A DNA stretch of 64,000 bases from Sphaerodactylus townsendi (taxonomy: Eukaryota). The DNA is taken from NCBI RefSeq assembly GCF_021028975.2, contig NC_059431.1, positions 88,784,001-88,848,000 of the forward strand, written 5' to 3'. Both the position numbers and the translations under genes were made by a program. Below are positions 38,212 to 51,209 of this stretch, one piece after another (the stretch's first letter is position 1; the number at the start of each line of letters is the position of its first letter). The notes below the pieces were generated by a model, which searched no databases, was not told the DNA's origin, and worked only from the letters and a program-made list of their open reading frames with translations.

Positions 38212-39419
38212 CTTAAAGTGCAATGGAGCTTGGCCTCTCAGGCTAAAAGATCCCTAGGAAATTAACCCTCCCAAGGATGCATACTTTAGGTACTAATTCT
38301 GATACCATTTGCCCCATCAGCCTAGCACAAGTCTTCACAATGGCTCCAGGATCCAGAGAGGTGAAAATGATTGCATAAACCCTTAAGCTGCTGCCACTTT
38401 GTTTCAGAGGATGAATGTCACTTGCACAGAAAGACAAGCAAGCCTGCACATGCTTTTGTCCCCAGTGTTGCCGAAAACCGCTGTGCACCCAACCCAAACA
38501 AATCACATGATTGGTCTGTCTTCTTGAGCCAGCAGGCTGATTAGGAGCCTCCCATATAGACTGCTTGGTGATCCCTAAAAATATATATTTAAGAATCAAG
38601 AATCAAGAACTGCAGCTTTTCTTACTCATCCAGAAATTGCCTGGATTGAGCATTGGGACTAATGTGGATCTTCTCATTTTGTTCCACCAAGCCAGTATCA
38701 CTGCTACCAATATGGTCAAGCTGGTTCCTTCCCTTCCTCTTTCTAGAGTTGCCAATGAGAAGGGGGGAGGCAAGGGAGGTGACAACCGTAATAGTGTGAT
38801 GGGTTGCATATGGTAAATCCAAAATTTTAATATATAACAAATAGTTTACTATTTGTTTACTATTAGTTTACTATTTATATTACTTTTCTATTTGTGATGT
38901 GTTAAAGTTTTGGGTAATTTATCATATGTAACTTATGAGAATCAATTTTGTCATTAGGCCCTTTTGTCAACTTTCCTGGTTACCCGGTTCTTCTGGACTG
39001 ATGTTTTTTCTTCCATTTTCTGTTTTGATTTTCCATGGAAAAGTAGGAAGTTATTATCAGATTTCTGAAGGAATTGCTGGAAACTATGGTAGAATCATAG
39101 GGAAGCTGACTGATTGGCTGTTAATTTTTTTTTGCCTTACCAAATTTCTTCAGTCAAGCCAGCAGCATTTCTCAGGGAGTATCCTGCCTGGCTGCTGAGT
39201 GATAGATTTGGTTCTTTTCAGACCTTGCTGGCTGAGGTGGAGAGCAAGCCTATGGGGATGTCACTATTTTTGTTACTGGGAAAAGCGTGCAGGCATGAAA
39301 CTTGGCCATACTGGTTACAGGCTTCCTTAGAAAATGCTGAACATTCTTTACTGAACAGAAAGGGATAATACTGGACTGTCCACTTCAAAACTGGACACCC
39401 AGCAATTCTAGCTCTAGGC

Positions 39420-39567
39420 CAGGGATAGGGAACCTGCGGCTCTCCAGATGTTCAGGAACTACAATTCCCATCAGCCTCTGTCAGCATGGCCAATTGGCCA
39501 TGCTGGTAGGGGCTGATGGGAATTGTAGTTCCTGAACATCTGGAGAGCCGCAGGTTCCCTACCCCTG
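39420..39567. mobile_element. 148-bp palindromic hAT MITE
   Basis: Exact TSD ctctaggc at 39412-39419 and 39568-39575. I count two differences from the copy at 33801. Confidence 0.95.
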
Positions 39568-42239
39568 CTCTAGGCCCTTTTCAGTCTAGCTTCAGGGATG
39601 GTTTAAGGACAGAATCATCCTTGGCAGTTCTGATGGGCAATCTCCATTCACAAATGGATAAGGCGAATGCACTTCCATTACCGTTATAGCACATTTCAGC
39701 TTCATTTGCGGCATTAGATCATTTTCTTTTGCTAAAGGGCATGGAGAAATATGTGGGACTTGGTGGGACTTGAAAAGATTGGAACCCTTTTAAATGAATG
39801 GTCCAAATGCAAAAATTGGCCATAAGGGATGAATAGGAAGCATGGGATTTGGTATGGGGAGTGCCATACATTCGAGTAATGTGAAATATGGAATATAGAT
39901 TCCATACATAACACTGGGTGGTAATAGAACCTGCTCTATGATATGCTTCATTAAATTCTTGTATGTGTGCTTCTAAGCTTGCAGGGATGAAGAAAAACAG
40001 CAATTGCAATTGTCCCTAAAATTTTCTGTGCATTTGGTATAGAGGCATATGGGGGCCATATGGTGCTCAGAGGCAAACCCCCCTCCAGGGTCCTCCCCAT
40101 GCAGAGCCTCACTTACTGCAAGTAAGCCCCTCTTACTTGCAAGTCAGGCTTCAGCCCCTTTTCCCAGCCCAGCAGCTGCAGTGCGACTTTCTCTCATGCC
40201 CTGGCTGCTGGGCCAGAAAGAGGCCAGCACGAGAGAGCAGCCCCACATGACCAGATTAGTTGCACCCGGGGATATGGGTAACCCTATGTCCCTGAACAAA
40301 TACACCACTGATTCAGTAACTGCAGCCTGAAATTTCCTAAACTTATTTAGAGATAGAGAATGCTCACAAGAGCATGTGGGAAATGTGTGTGTGTGTACAT
40401 AAAAGCTAAAGTTTTAGCCAAAGACCAACACTGCCCCCCTAAGTATTCCCTTCTCTCCATAACCCAGATTGTTTTGTGCCAATCTAACATGTACATGCTT
40501 GTGTTGCAAGAGAAAGAAAAGTGACCATGAAGCAGCAGAGAATGTTGGAGCTTAGCAAAAGGGCAACAAGGCTGCCTACAGGAAACATCTGGCACTGAGC
40601 CAGAAGTGGCTGTACCCACATATTGGAGTGTTGGGGAGAAGGACAAAAGAGACAAAGAAAGAGCAAAGCAAGACACTGTGGTGCCATTTCAGGCCTTCAA
40701 AGGATGTAAGATATAATTTCCATCATTAGCAGAGCTTTCTTGCACACAACTAAATTTGGTCAACTTTGAGAGCAGTGTGAATGAGGCCAGCCAAAGAGCT
40801 TAAGTGACTTCAATAAAGCTTTATTCCATTTAAAGAATTCACTGCTGGATGTGAAGGCTATGGGACCAGAGCCCTGCCTTAAAGTCTGATCAACCCTGGG
40901 GTATGAGGTCAAGCGACCACAAGTCTAGTTTTGTACCTGTCAGAGTGGTGAGCTGTAATTCATATCTGTGTGAAATCCCAGGGGGTACTATGTGGTACTG
41001 AAGCTCAGAATGTACCTTTGAAGGTGATTTGGCTCTGAGATCTGAAGAAGCCTTTCTAGACCTCATTCATTCAAACATTTATAGGCCACCTTTCTGTAGT
41101 TAAAGATTCAAGACAGTTGGAAAGGCAAAAGAAGAAACTATATATGTTTGATTGTGGCAAGTTTTAATTGGTTGCCTGTCAATCATTAATTATATTTATC
41201 CTGCTTTAGATAGAGACTGCATGCTAAAATCTGAAGTTGTACATGGCATCCAGATCTTACTTTGAAATATTACTAGCATTATTTAATTTGTAGCAGTAGC
41301 TGTGGTTTCTCTTCCTTAAAACCAAAAATCTAGTTCATTAATCCTTGATTTTTATCTGTATCCTTTTTTACACATGTGATTTTTCACACCAAGCTTCTCA
41401 CTTCATGCAAAGGGCAGGAAGACAAGAAAAATGTCTTGGCAATTTGAGAAACAGTGATCAAAACTAGTAGCTATCTTAAATCAACAGGAGTTCAGTGCTA
41501 GTCTTTTGTAATAACAAGAAATAAGCAAAGTACCTCTTGCTCAAAAGAACTATTTTGTGTAAGGCTTGACTTTTGAGGTCTATGAATTGATGTAAAAATA
41601 TTCCTTTGATCTTATTTCAGCAATTTTCCCTGAATCCAAAAAATGTCAGCGGAATATGCAATAAAATAAATTGGGATATAAAACCATGAAAGCATTAGGC
41701 AGTTTTAAAAAATCAGATTCTAAAAATGTACATAATTTTCCTAAAGCAACTGAACATGTGCAGTTGTTGGGAAGTCACTGGTATAGATCCACCTTGGTTC
41801 TCCAACAATTTCCCTCTGTGTGTTCTGTCAAGTTCGTCATATATTTTTTCCCATATTTTATGTGAATAGTAACTATATTATGGTTCCTTGCGCATTGAAT
41901 TCTGGGTGTCCCTGGATATTTACGTCAACTCTGCATCTAAGAGACTTCTGGGGGAAATTGTAATCTAAATAGGAGCACCTGTGAAGTGCTTCAGGGCCTT
42001 CTCCTCACTGGGGGTGTTTGAAGTGGAACACCAGAAAAAAAAGGAACATTTATCATCCTCTCACCACTCATAGATAGTTACATTTGACAGGTGAATCTTT
42101 CCAGAGTTCTACCAGGGATCTGCAGGTTCTGAAACCATCTAGGATAGTGAGGTAAAGGCAGGCTATAAAAGCCTATAAGATCAGGCTTCCTGTTTTTATC
42201 TTTATCCTTGTTATCTTTTTTCCTCATTTTCTTCTTTTT

Positions 42240-43090
42240 ATAATGGATTTTATTATATGGATTTCATACAGACTTTTTTGAAGTTCGATTGCACAACTGT
42301 GATGAAAATACTCAAGAAATCAGGATAATCAAAGAAAGATAGAAAGGAGTTGAACTGAGATTGGCAAGACCTTTGGATGGAAAGGGTGAAACAAAGGATT
42401 AAAACTTTGGCAGTGCAGTGCAGAAGCAATAATATATGAATTAGAGAAATTCCAGAGGATCTTGGTAGAGCAAATTTAGAAAACAACTATGGCAAGCTAT
42501 GACATGACTATTTAAAGATCCAAGGACCAGATATTCAGAATAGATGCAAGTTTTACATTTAAGAATAAATTGTCATGGTTTACTGGTCAGGTTTAGGCAT
42601 ACAAAACACAGCCACTAGATGACTAGAATAAACAAGAGAATCTCCACTCAAAGTGGCAGAGAAAGAAGTACTTAGTTTCCAAGACTTAGCTACAAGTTTG
42701 TTGAGAAAAAGGAGCGACTTTGATTTCTTAAGACAAATTCTACAAAGGAAAGAAATTCAGTATCACTGGAGAGTTCCGTTTGCTATAGAAGTTGCCCTAC
42801 CCAAGAGCAAAAGAATAATCACTGCAGTGGAGCAAGCTAAGCAACTGAAAGAAGAACTATCAAGTGAGAATATCTGAGGGAGAATCTGTAAGAAAATCTC
42901 CTATTAGTTCAAAAGTAAACTCTCCAAAAACAGGGGTGGGGTGGGGGTGGGAAGAGCATCGAATAAAAAAGGGCATAAACTAGATCAGGCCTCAGCATTA
43001 GAATAAAATGGACAAAGTGAAGATTGTATCAAACACTGAAGGACTAAATTTTCTTTCCAGTGAGCAAAAAAGTATTTAATCTATTAACAC
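42240..43090 (+). mobile_element. L1-clade LINE ORF1 remnant and start of ORF2
   Basis: RSNNI*IREIPED near 42420 (RRNNLRI.GIPE motif); FQDLATSLLRKR..L..KEIQYHWRVPF (ORF 42653-42877); an ORF2-like start MDKVKIVS..GLN at 43007. Confidence 0.7.
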
Positions 43091-43530
43091 TGTAACCCAA
43101 AGGACCACGAGCTGAAAGTGCTGTGGGGGGGGGGGGAGCACTCGAACGTAGTGCTTTGCACCTTCAGTTTAACACTTTACACATTGGACTCACTCCTAGC
43201 CCAACAGCTGGAATCTAGCACACAACAACTCTTCTAGGAGAGCAAAGCCAACACCCACAGTGTTGTCAAGCCCACATTCTGAATTTACTTTGTAGATTGT
43301 GTCGTCAAGTATCTGGGAACCAGTGACCAGAAAGTGAACAGACAAGTGAGATTCCCTCTCCATAGGTGACCTCCTTTCCGCTTTCTCCTTGCTTCATCAG
43401 GAGTCATCTGGTAGTTGACCTCAAGGGAGCGGGCATGGCAGGAAGGATGAGTGATTGGCCCCCATTTATCAGTGAGGCACAGCGGGGCCCAGGAGGGTGG
43501 GTGGAGGAAGGCCAAGGGGAGTCCGTTACA
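43091..43530. mobile_element. Possible solo LTR
   Basis: Inverted termini TGTAAC...GTTACA, starting exactly where the L1 similarity ends. No TSD. Confidence 0.35.
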
Positions 43531-44955
43531 TGGAGGGGAAACCAAGATCAGAAACACATGACTGCCATAACTGGATCACCCCATGTTGAGGGGACCCCAG
43601 CCGAACTCTTGCCTCTGTAATTGCTGTGACGTCTTGTTGCAGGGGAGGTGTTCCCCGATAGAGCAGTGGGAAAGGAAAATGAAATAATGGTTGTGCGGAT
43701 GGAACAGGACATCTGCAGCATGGCCAGCAACTGGTGTGAGCCAAAGCTTGCAGGGGCTCAGCTGGAGACTCCAGTGCCTCTGACTCAGCTCCTGAGGCAG
43801 CCACACCAGACCACAGGATGCACTATCACCTGAGTCTAGTGTTTAGGCTGCTGCACTGTGTGTTGTTGCTGCTTTCCCCAACAGATGCTGTGCCCATCAC
43901 TATTTGAGCCTCTGGCAGGCTCTGTGGAATAATAATATGCATCTGTGGAATGGAGCGACTGGTCAGCGGCCAGAAGAAGGTGGTGGTACGGAGACAGCCA
44001 CCCCTTCAATAAAGTTTCTGTGCACTCAACTGGATCAACCTCATGCCTCTGTTAGAGAAAGGTAGGGAGCTGGAGAGATACAGTTAGGGGTGGGGGGAAC
44101 AGGGGAAATTCTGGTAGGTAGCAGGCTTTCTGAGGGTGCATACAGCACCCACTCCACAGTTGGGATAAAAAGTAGGTAAATTGACTACACAGTTTGTCCC
44201 ACTTCTAATGTTTATGGCTACTTTTCTACATTACACAAATGTAGCAAACCAAGATTTACCACTCAGTGAACAATGAGCCAGTCAGTGACCCCTGTCAGTC
44301 TTGCCAAATGTCTGGAGGAAAATCAGCCTGGCTTATAGTTGTGCCTTTTACAGGACAGTTTCACCACCATGGAGATAAACTTTATGGGTTGAATCCTGCC
44401 ATCTTTTCCACTCAGTCTCAACTCCTTTTCTTCACTTACTGCAGCCCCTGTCCCATGTAGCTTTTGTCAATGCTGGTTCTATCCCCCCCCCCCCCCCCGC
44501 TCCCCAGTATAGCCTTTTCGTTGATCAAAAAGGTCTACTACTCCGCTTTTTCCCATGAGATCTGATAGGATACAACAATTCTATATCCTACAAGTGACTA
44601 TACAATGTGTTGCTGTTAAAATTGTAATTGAAAAGCTGGCAAATACATCTGTCTGATACTTATATGTTTTTGTTGCACCAACATTTTACATTAGTAGGTG
44701 TCCACTTGAAAGAACTTAGGTGAATACTTCAATGCTGTCCCCTTCACAGAGTTTCATAGCCTTAGTAGTTGGTTCTTATGTGGGTTGATAGTAGCATTGC
44801 AATTAACTCTTGTAGTCAAATAATGGTATTGTGGGATATGGGGCATAATATTCTTATTTCCAGATCACAGCATCCGCAGAAACCAGAAGTTAAACTTTTA
44901 CTTTTCTACGACAAAGTGGTAGTTCATTTCTTTTATGATTCTGTGATTTAGAAAA

Positions 44956-45094
44956 GCATTAGCGATCTCAGGGTCGGTGTTTCCTGAAGCTAATGGCTGT
45001 ATAGGTTAACAGTCCACCTGTTATCTCAGACCTTCAACTTCAGCCAGCCAGTCATTAGCTGCCAGGAAATGCCTGACTCAGAGGTCATTACTGC
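44956..45094 (+). other. Long imperfect hairpin, possibly an ancient palindromic repeat or structured RNA
   Basis: Arms of about 44 bp (gcattagcgatctcagggtcggtgtttcctgaagctaatggctg and cagtcattagctgccaggaaatgcctgactcagaggtcattactgc), plus an inner stem taacag/ctgtta. Confidence 0.7.
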
Positions 45095-45754
45095 CTAAAT
45101 ATTGCTTCTAAAAGCTTTTCATTACTTTCAATATATTTTTCTTTTGTGCTGTATTCGCAAGTCTAAGTATTAATACAATTAGCAATAACAACAAATCAGG
45201 GAAACGATAGGAGCTCTGTAGGCCAATGACAAGTCTCAGAAAGAACACTTCTGCTTGGCACAAATCTCCAGGACAGATGTGCATGTTGAAAACATTTCAA
45301 AGTCTGATCATTCCATGGGGTAGCCATGGGAGTTTATGCCATAAAAAATCAACAGAAGTATTGTGGCACCTTAAAGACTGATGACAACCCCATCCAAAGG
45401 GGCGGGGGTGAATCTGCCCATGAGAGCAGCACATAGCAGCACCAGCAGATTTTCCTGCCCCAAAGCACTTGCGCCAGTGGAGGGGCAAATCCACCAGTGG
45501 GCAGTCATCGTGGCCCTCCCAGGCGCTGGGATGTGTTCTCAAAACTATCCAGCACAAAATGCTTTAATTGTCATGGGAAGAAGGATGGAGAACTGGCCAT
45601 GGCATTAATTGATGGTGGAAGGCCTGTCAAGACCAAACCAAATACCTCTCCAAATGGAAAGTTATTGAAGATAGAGCATTATTTCGCCAAGCACATATAG
45701 AACATTCAAATGTGGATTCTGAGCAATGCTTGCTCATGGCATGGGAGGGAATTA

Positions 45755-45821
45755 TGCTGTTCGCCATCTTGAGCCCTTCAGGGGAGGGCGACCTATAAAT
45801 TTTAACAATAAATAAATAAAT
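45755..45821 (+). mobile_element. L2-type 3' tip
   Basis: tgttcgccatcttgagcccttcaggggagggcg..ataaat followed by (TAAA)n. Confidence 0.6.
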
Positions 45822-46125
45822 ATGTTGAACAATTTAACAGGAAAATTCATTTACAATATAAAACTTTGAGCAATTGACCTTATATACAGTTTTTTAAATA
45901 TTCTGAATAGTCCTGATGAAGATTGATAGCAGATATGGGCATTTGGCCTTATTTTAAGCAAATTTATCTGCATTTGTAATTTGTCATACAAGTATGTAAT
46001 ATTGGATAACTAGATACCAAAAGCAGCAAAGGTACAGTAGGCCATCAAAGTGTCTTCAGGAATGCAAAATGGGTCCCAGGTACAAAAATTGTTGCCAGTA
46101 GACGTGTGGCTAGAGGAAACTAAAA

Positions 46126-47624
46126 GGGTTTCCTGGAGGACACATTGGCTTTTGACCCCTTCCAGTCCGGCTTCCGTGCTGGGCATGGGACGGAGACCGT
46201 TCTCGTCGCCGTCACAGATACGCTCCGTATGCAGCTTGACCGAGGCGGATCGGCGCTGCTGGTATTATTAGATCTTACCGCAGCATTTGATGTGGTCGAT
46301 CACGACCTTTTGACCCACCGCCTGGCCACTTCCGGAGTGCGGGGCACTGTCCTTCAGTGGATTGTCTCATTTCTCCGGGACTGGAGTCAGCAAGTGTGGT
46401 GCGGGGATCAGGCCTCCCGAAGGTGCCCGCTTCATTGCGGTGTGCCTCAGGGTGCGCTCCTATCCCCGCTGTTATTTAATATCTATATGCGACCCCTTGC
46501 TCAGTTGGTACAGAGATTTGGGCTGATCTGTCACCAGTATGCTGATGACACTCAGCTCATTCTGTTGATGGAGAGGGGAGCGGCCGCCGCCCCTGCAGCT
46601 CTGCAGCATTGTTTGGAGGCGGTTGCTGGTTGGTTGCGACAGAGCAGGTTAAAACTAAACCCATCAAAGACGGAGATCCTCTGGCTAGGCCGCGAGGGGG
46701 AGGTTGGGGATTTTCAGCCGCCGGTGTGGGAGGGGGCCTCATTGGCACCGGCCCCCTCCGTTCGCAGCCGGGAGGTCCACCTGGATGTGTCTCTTTCAAT
46801 GGTGACCTAGGTGGCCCATACAACAGGTTGCGTTTTCCACCTCCGTCAGGCCCGGCGGCTGGCCCCTTCCTCTCCCAAGCGGACCTGGCCACTGTGATCC
46901 ACATAGCAGTCACCTCAGGCTAGACTATTGTAATTCGCTCGCTGGCCTGCCCTTGCGCCTGATTCGGAAGTTAAAGCTGGCCCAGCATGCGTGGCGCGTT
47001 TACTTACAGGAGGTGCCTACCGTGACCATATTCAGCCTGTACTCCGCCAGCTGCACTGGCTTCCAGTGGAATTCGAATCATCCACAAGGTATGGGTGTTA
47101 ACCTTTAAGACGCTTGCAGCGACCTGGGACCCTGCGTACCCTCGCGGGACCGCCTTACCCCATATGTCCCTACTACGGCCTCTGCGTTCAGCAGAGGCCA
47201 ATTACTAGTGGTTCCCAGCCCCTCAATGACCACGGCTGGCCTCCACCCGAACACTCTTCCTCAGCTGTCGGGCCCTGCGGGATCTTGGAGAGTTCAGCAG
47301 GGCCTGTAAAGATTTCGAAGTTGTTCCACCGGGCTTTTGGGGAGGCCAGCTGTTGAGGGTGAGCGCCCTCTTTGTCTTTCCCTTTTAACATCTTGGGAGC
47401 TGTAATTAGATCTACCGCCCCCTCTCTGGGAGGGGTTTTTATTGTTAGTTTTAAATCCTGGACGCCAAGTGGAATGCTGTAGTTTCATGTTTTAAATATG
47501 TATATTTATATTGATTATTTATTGTTATTATTGTTTCTGGAATATTATTTTGTTGTTCACCGCCCAGAGCCCTCAGGGGATGGGGCGGTATACAAATGTA
47601 ATTATAAATAAATAAATAAATAAA
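46126..47624 (+). mobile_element. L2-clade LINE, 5'-truncated, young (CpG-rich): RT domain to 3' tail
   Basis: ORF 46145-46810 reads DPFQSGFRAGHGTET..LLDLTAAFD..GVPQGALLSPLLFNIYM..YADDTQL..LKLNPSKTE. A frameshifted C-terminus follows (LDYCNS, QLHWLPV), then the 3' UTR and a (TAAA)n tail. Confidence 0.93.
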
Positions 47625-48239
47625 TTTGGCTTCAAAAGGGACAGCTCTTGGCAGTAAATGTCTGCTGAGCAGAATGCTCCTTGGAATTTGACCAGCCAAA
47701 AAGAAAGTAATATATTCAACAATGTCTTGCTTTTAGGTTTGATGAGATAAGAATAATTTGTCGCTCTTAGAATCTAGTCTCTTAACCAAGACAAGTCAGT
47801 GATTATTATAATTATGATTAACTTGAATACAGTGTCGGAGTTAGGAATGAACCTAACTCAATGAAAAGCAACACTGACAAACACCAAAGTGGACCATTCC
47901 ATTCCTTTCTCTTCCCAAAGGCATTGCTAGGGCATCAGTGATGGCACAGAAAAACAGCCATGGGCTTCAGTGGTGGTACTGAGGAGAAAGAATAAGCAAG
48001 ATCACCCTTTCTCCCACTTCTGTTAGTTTGCTACTGCCTATTGAAGGGTCTTGAGCAAGGATTTTAGAAATGAATTAACTGTGATTAGGGTTGCCAGCTT
48101 TTCAACTGCTCTGTTCATCCACTGCAATTATCAGGTGCCATGCCACGAATTAGGGGCAATTATTAGGTGCCATGCCATGAAAAGCATCAACTGCCCATTT
48201 TGCCATATTAAACCACTACTAAAAGGATAGGACTTTTTT

Positions 48240-48289
48240 TTACTTACTAGGAATGCTTAGTTGCATTACTTACTAGGAATGCTTAGTTG
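48240..48289. repeat. Exact tandem duplication (24-bp unit, 26-bp period)
   Basis: ttacttactaggaatgcttagttg occurs twice. A similar imperfect pair (gcaattat.aggtgccatgcca.gaa) lies at about 48124-48181. Confidence 0.9.
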
Positions 48290-48458
48290 GGATGGAATTC
48301 AATCCCATTCACAGTGGCATTTACTTAAGGATAAAGATGCATCAGATCCGTCTATAAAGCATGCATATGCTTTGTTCTTCCATGTTGTAGGACAAATAAT
48401 GTCCTTTCTTTCCCTTTACATTTGAATGTCATATGATTCTGATTATCTGATAATAACC

Positions 48459-48668
48459 CTGACCTGACCTGAATGGTGCAGGTTAGCCTGATCTTGTCAG
48501 AGTTCAAAGGTTAAGTAGGGGTCAGCCCTGGTTAGAACTTGAATGGAAGACCTCCAAGGAATACCAGCCTTGCCATTCAGAGGAAGCCAATGACAAATCA
48601 CCTTTGCCTTGAAAACGCTGCTGGCTTGCCATAAATTGGCTGAGATTTGAGTTCACTTTACACACACA
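48459..48668 (+). mobile_element. 5S-derived SINE
   Basis: cctgatcttgtcag..ggtcagccctggttagaacttgaatggaagacc (5S-like), then gaggaagccaatgacaaatcacc and a (CA)n tail. Confidence 0.7.
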
Positions 48669-50684
48669 ATAATAATAATAATAATAACCCTGGTTTTCTG
48701 TTTTATTGTGTTGTCATGTTTGTGATTTTAAAGCCTCTTCAACCAGGCACACACTTAAAATGCTCTGTGTCATTAGAAAATAGTTCCAGCTGATATATAA
48801 AAGCTGCACATGCCTAAAAGGCCACTAGAAAATTATTAATTATAAATTTGATTTAAGTGTCCGTGTGAAGTAGTGGCACTGATTGCTACCATTTTTGGGT
48901 GCTGTTTTTGAACTGGGAAGTAGCTGAAGGTTGAAGGCTGGGAGGTTTGCCTAACTTAGAAAATATTTAGGAGAAAGAGGTGGGGAGGAGGAGACCAATA
49001 AGAATATCAGAAAAGTGAATTGTGTAATTTTTGAAAATCACAGTGGCCCATGGAGCACTTCTGCTTTTAATCTTTGGATAGCATTTTTTTAAGGCAGGGT
49101 TTTTGGAAGCAAGGGAAATTTCATGAAAGGCAAAAAAAACCCCAAACCCCATGCTGCTTTGATTATCTAAAACACAGTAAATGGCTTAATTTATATTTTG
49201 AAAGCTGTGTGCAGTACACTTGGTAGCAGCTAGCATTTGAGTTGCAGCCATCTTTGCATATCAGTGTTTGAAGCCCTGAGAGCTTTTACCATTTGTTCTG
49301 ATTAGGTCTGTCTTCTGTAGATAAGTCTCTCAGGTAATTTGAAGCACAGGCTCAAAATGAAGCCCGTTTGATGGTCTAAAGCTAGGAAATGTCTCTTACC
49401 CAATTAATTAAATGCTGTTCTTCTTTAAAATCCAGCTTGTGTTTCGTTTTATGTGCCATTCTCTCAGATGTGTGAACCCAATGCACTTTCTGTAGGATCT
49501 TTTTTTTCTCCCGTCTCTGCTTGTGAAGAGTTGGTTCTTATGTAAGTAAGAAGCTCTACTTTTCCCCCATCATGAGCTGCATAATGGCCTGCTTCCCTTT
49601 CACCATTTTTTATAAACAGACACACACTCCTACTGGATCATTGGTGTATGACTTAATCTAAACGGAAATTTACATCTCAGGATTACTGTAATGTATTACA
49701 TTTCCCAGGGTGCCTTTGACTATTTAAAACTAGAAATAAATGTTAGACATAAGGCTGAAGAAAGCCTTAGGTTCATTCTGCATAGCCTCACCACAGTCCA
49801 TATTTCTTTGCTTTCACATTTGAAGATGACTGCTCTGATGATTTCTTTAATGCTTAACTTTTAGTATTTTATCCTTCATTGTGTCTTTGTCTGCTGGCAC
49901 TACATGCCAAAAACTTCCAATTGCAAACCACTGCCTTATTAAAACCATTCCAACTTCCACGTGTTGCTACTGGGCCATATCTATATCTACGCCAATTGGT
50001 TTAGGCAAATTGTTACAACAATCAAGCCGTATGCTTTAGTGCATGGTGTTTTAGCCTCCTTAAAGAAAGCATTGTATGGAGCATGGTGGATTGCCAGTGT
50101 CTCACAACATTTTGTGTCTAATGTTACAATAGTGTCTTGATGGGATTATTCTGTAAAATTTATCTTAAAATAACACATTCCCTTGCAGGAGATGGGTTTG
50201 ATATTTCTGTGTAGCAACCTTGCAAAAATAAAGTAGCATGGAAACCTGCAGTGCCTCCAGCTTGTTTAATGTGATGAATACAGGCACTTTGACGTATTTA
50301 GGCAAGTTGAATGCAAACCTTAAAGGGTTAAAATTAGAACTCTGTGTCATTGGCTGGAGGGAACCGGTGGGGGGGGGAGGGGAGTTCTTTAGCCAGAGTA
50401 CAGGAATTCTGAGAGGAGTTCTGCAGAGTTTCTGCTCCGAGAGAGGACTGGGTGGTGACAGAGATTTGTGTAGGGGTAGATTGAATGGAAGCATAACCAG
50501 ACTTCTCCAGTCTCTGGCAGTGTCCAGAGGGCCCTGTGGAATTGGGACTAAAAGAGCAGAGAAAGCATCTGTACTTTGTACCTGGTTTAAACCAAGAACA
50601 CACTAAAGCTGACACAGGGTTGATATTTGTGGTTTTCTGAAAAGGGTAAGATCCATTCTGGAAAATAAGTTGCATACTTACTAG

Positions 50685-51209
50685 GGCCGTTTCTGCACGG
50701 GCATTTAATGGCGGCCTGGAGACGGCAAAAACGCTGTCTCCAGGCCACCATTTGCACAGGGGGCGCAGCTGCATCGCAGCCGTGCCGCCCTCGCGCCACC
50801 CGCCCGTCGCGAAGCCGGCGTTTCCCCAGAGCGCTTGGAAGCGCTCTTTTCGGGGAAACGCTGCCGTGAAGCCGCTGCCGAGCGAACGGCAGCGACTTCA
50901 CGACGCCTCCACCCCCGCCTTGTTCCCAGCACTTACCTTGTCCCCTGGCCTCCGGCGTGTCGCCGAGGCCTGGGGACACGCCCCCTGCCCTGTGCTGCTG
51001 GAGCAGGCGCGCAGGGCCAGGGGGGCGTGTCCCCAGGTCTCGGCGACGTGCCGGAGGCCCGGGGACATGCCAGGTCGGCCGGGCACCGGTGCTCCGAGGC
51101 GCCGGCTGCCCGGCTGTTTCCAGGACCGTCCACGCGGACAGTCCCAGCGTCGTCGGGTCGGCGCAAAATGCGCCGACCTAGCCGTTTCCGCCTCCATGCG
51201 GAAACGGCC
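50685..51209. mobile_element. CpG-rich PIF/Harbinger non-autonomous element
   Basis: TIR ggccgtttctgcacgg...ccatgcggaaacggcc. 3-bp TSD TAG at 50682-50684 and 51210-51212. Large internal inverted repeat at 50940-51067. Confidence 0.88.

Noticed and set aside
43531-43548. TGG-starting sequence after the putative LTR, as a PBS
   Set aside because: tggaggggaaaccaagat does not convincingly match any tRNA 3' end I know, and no gag follows.
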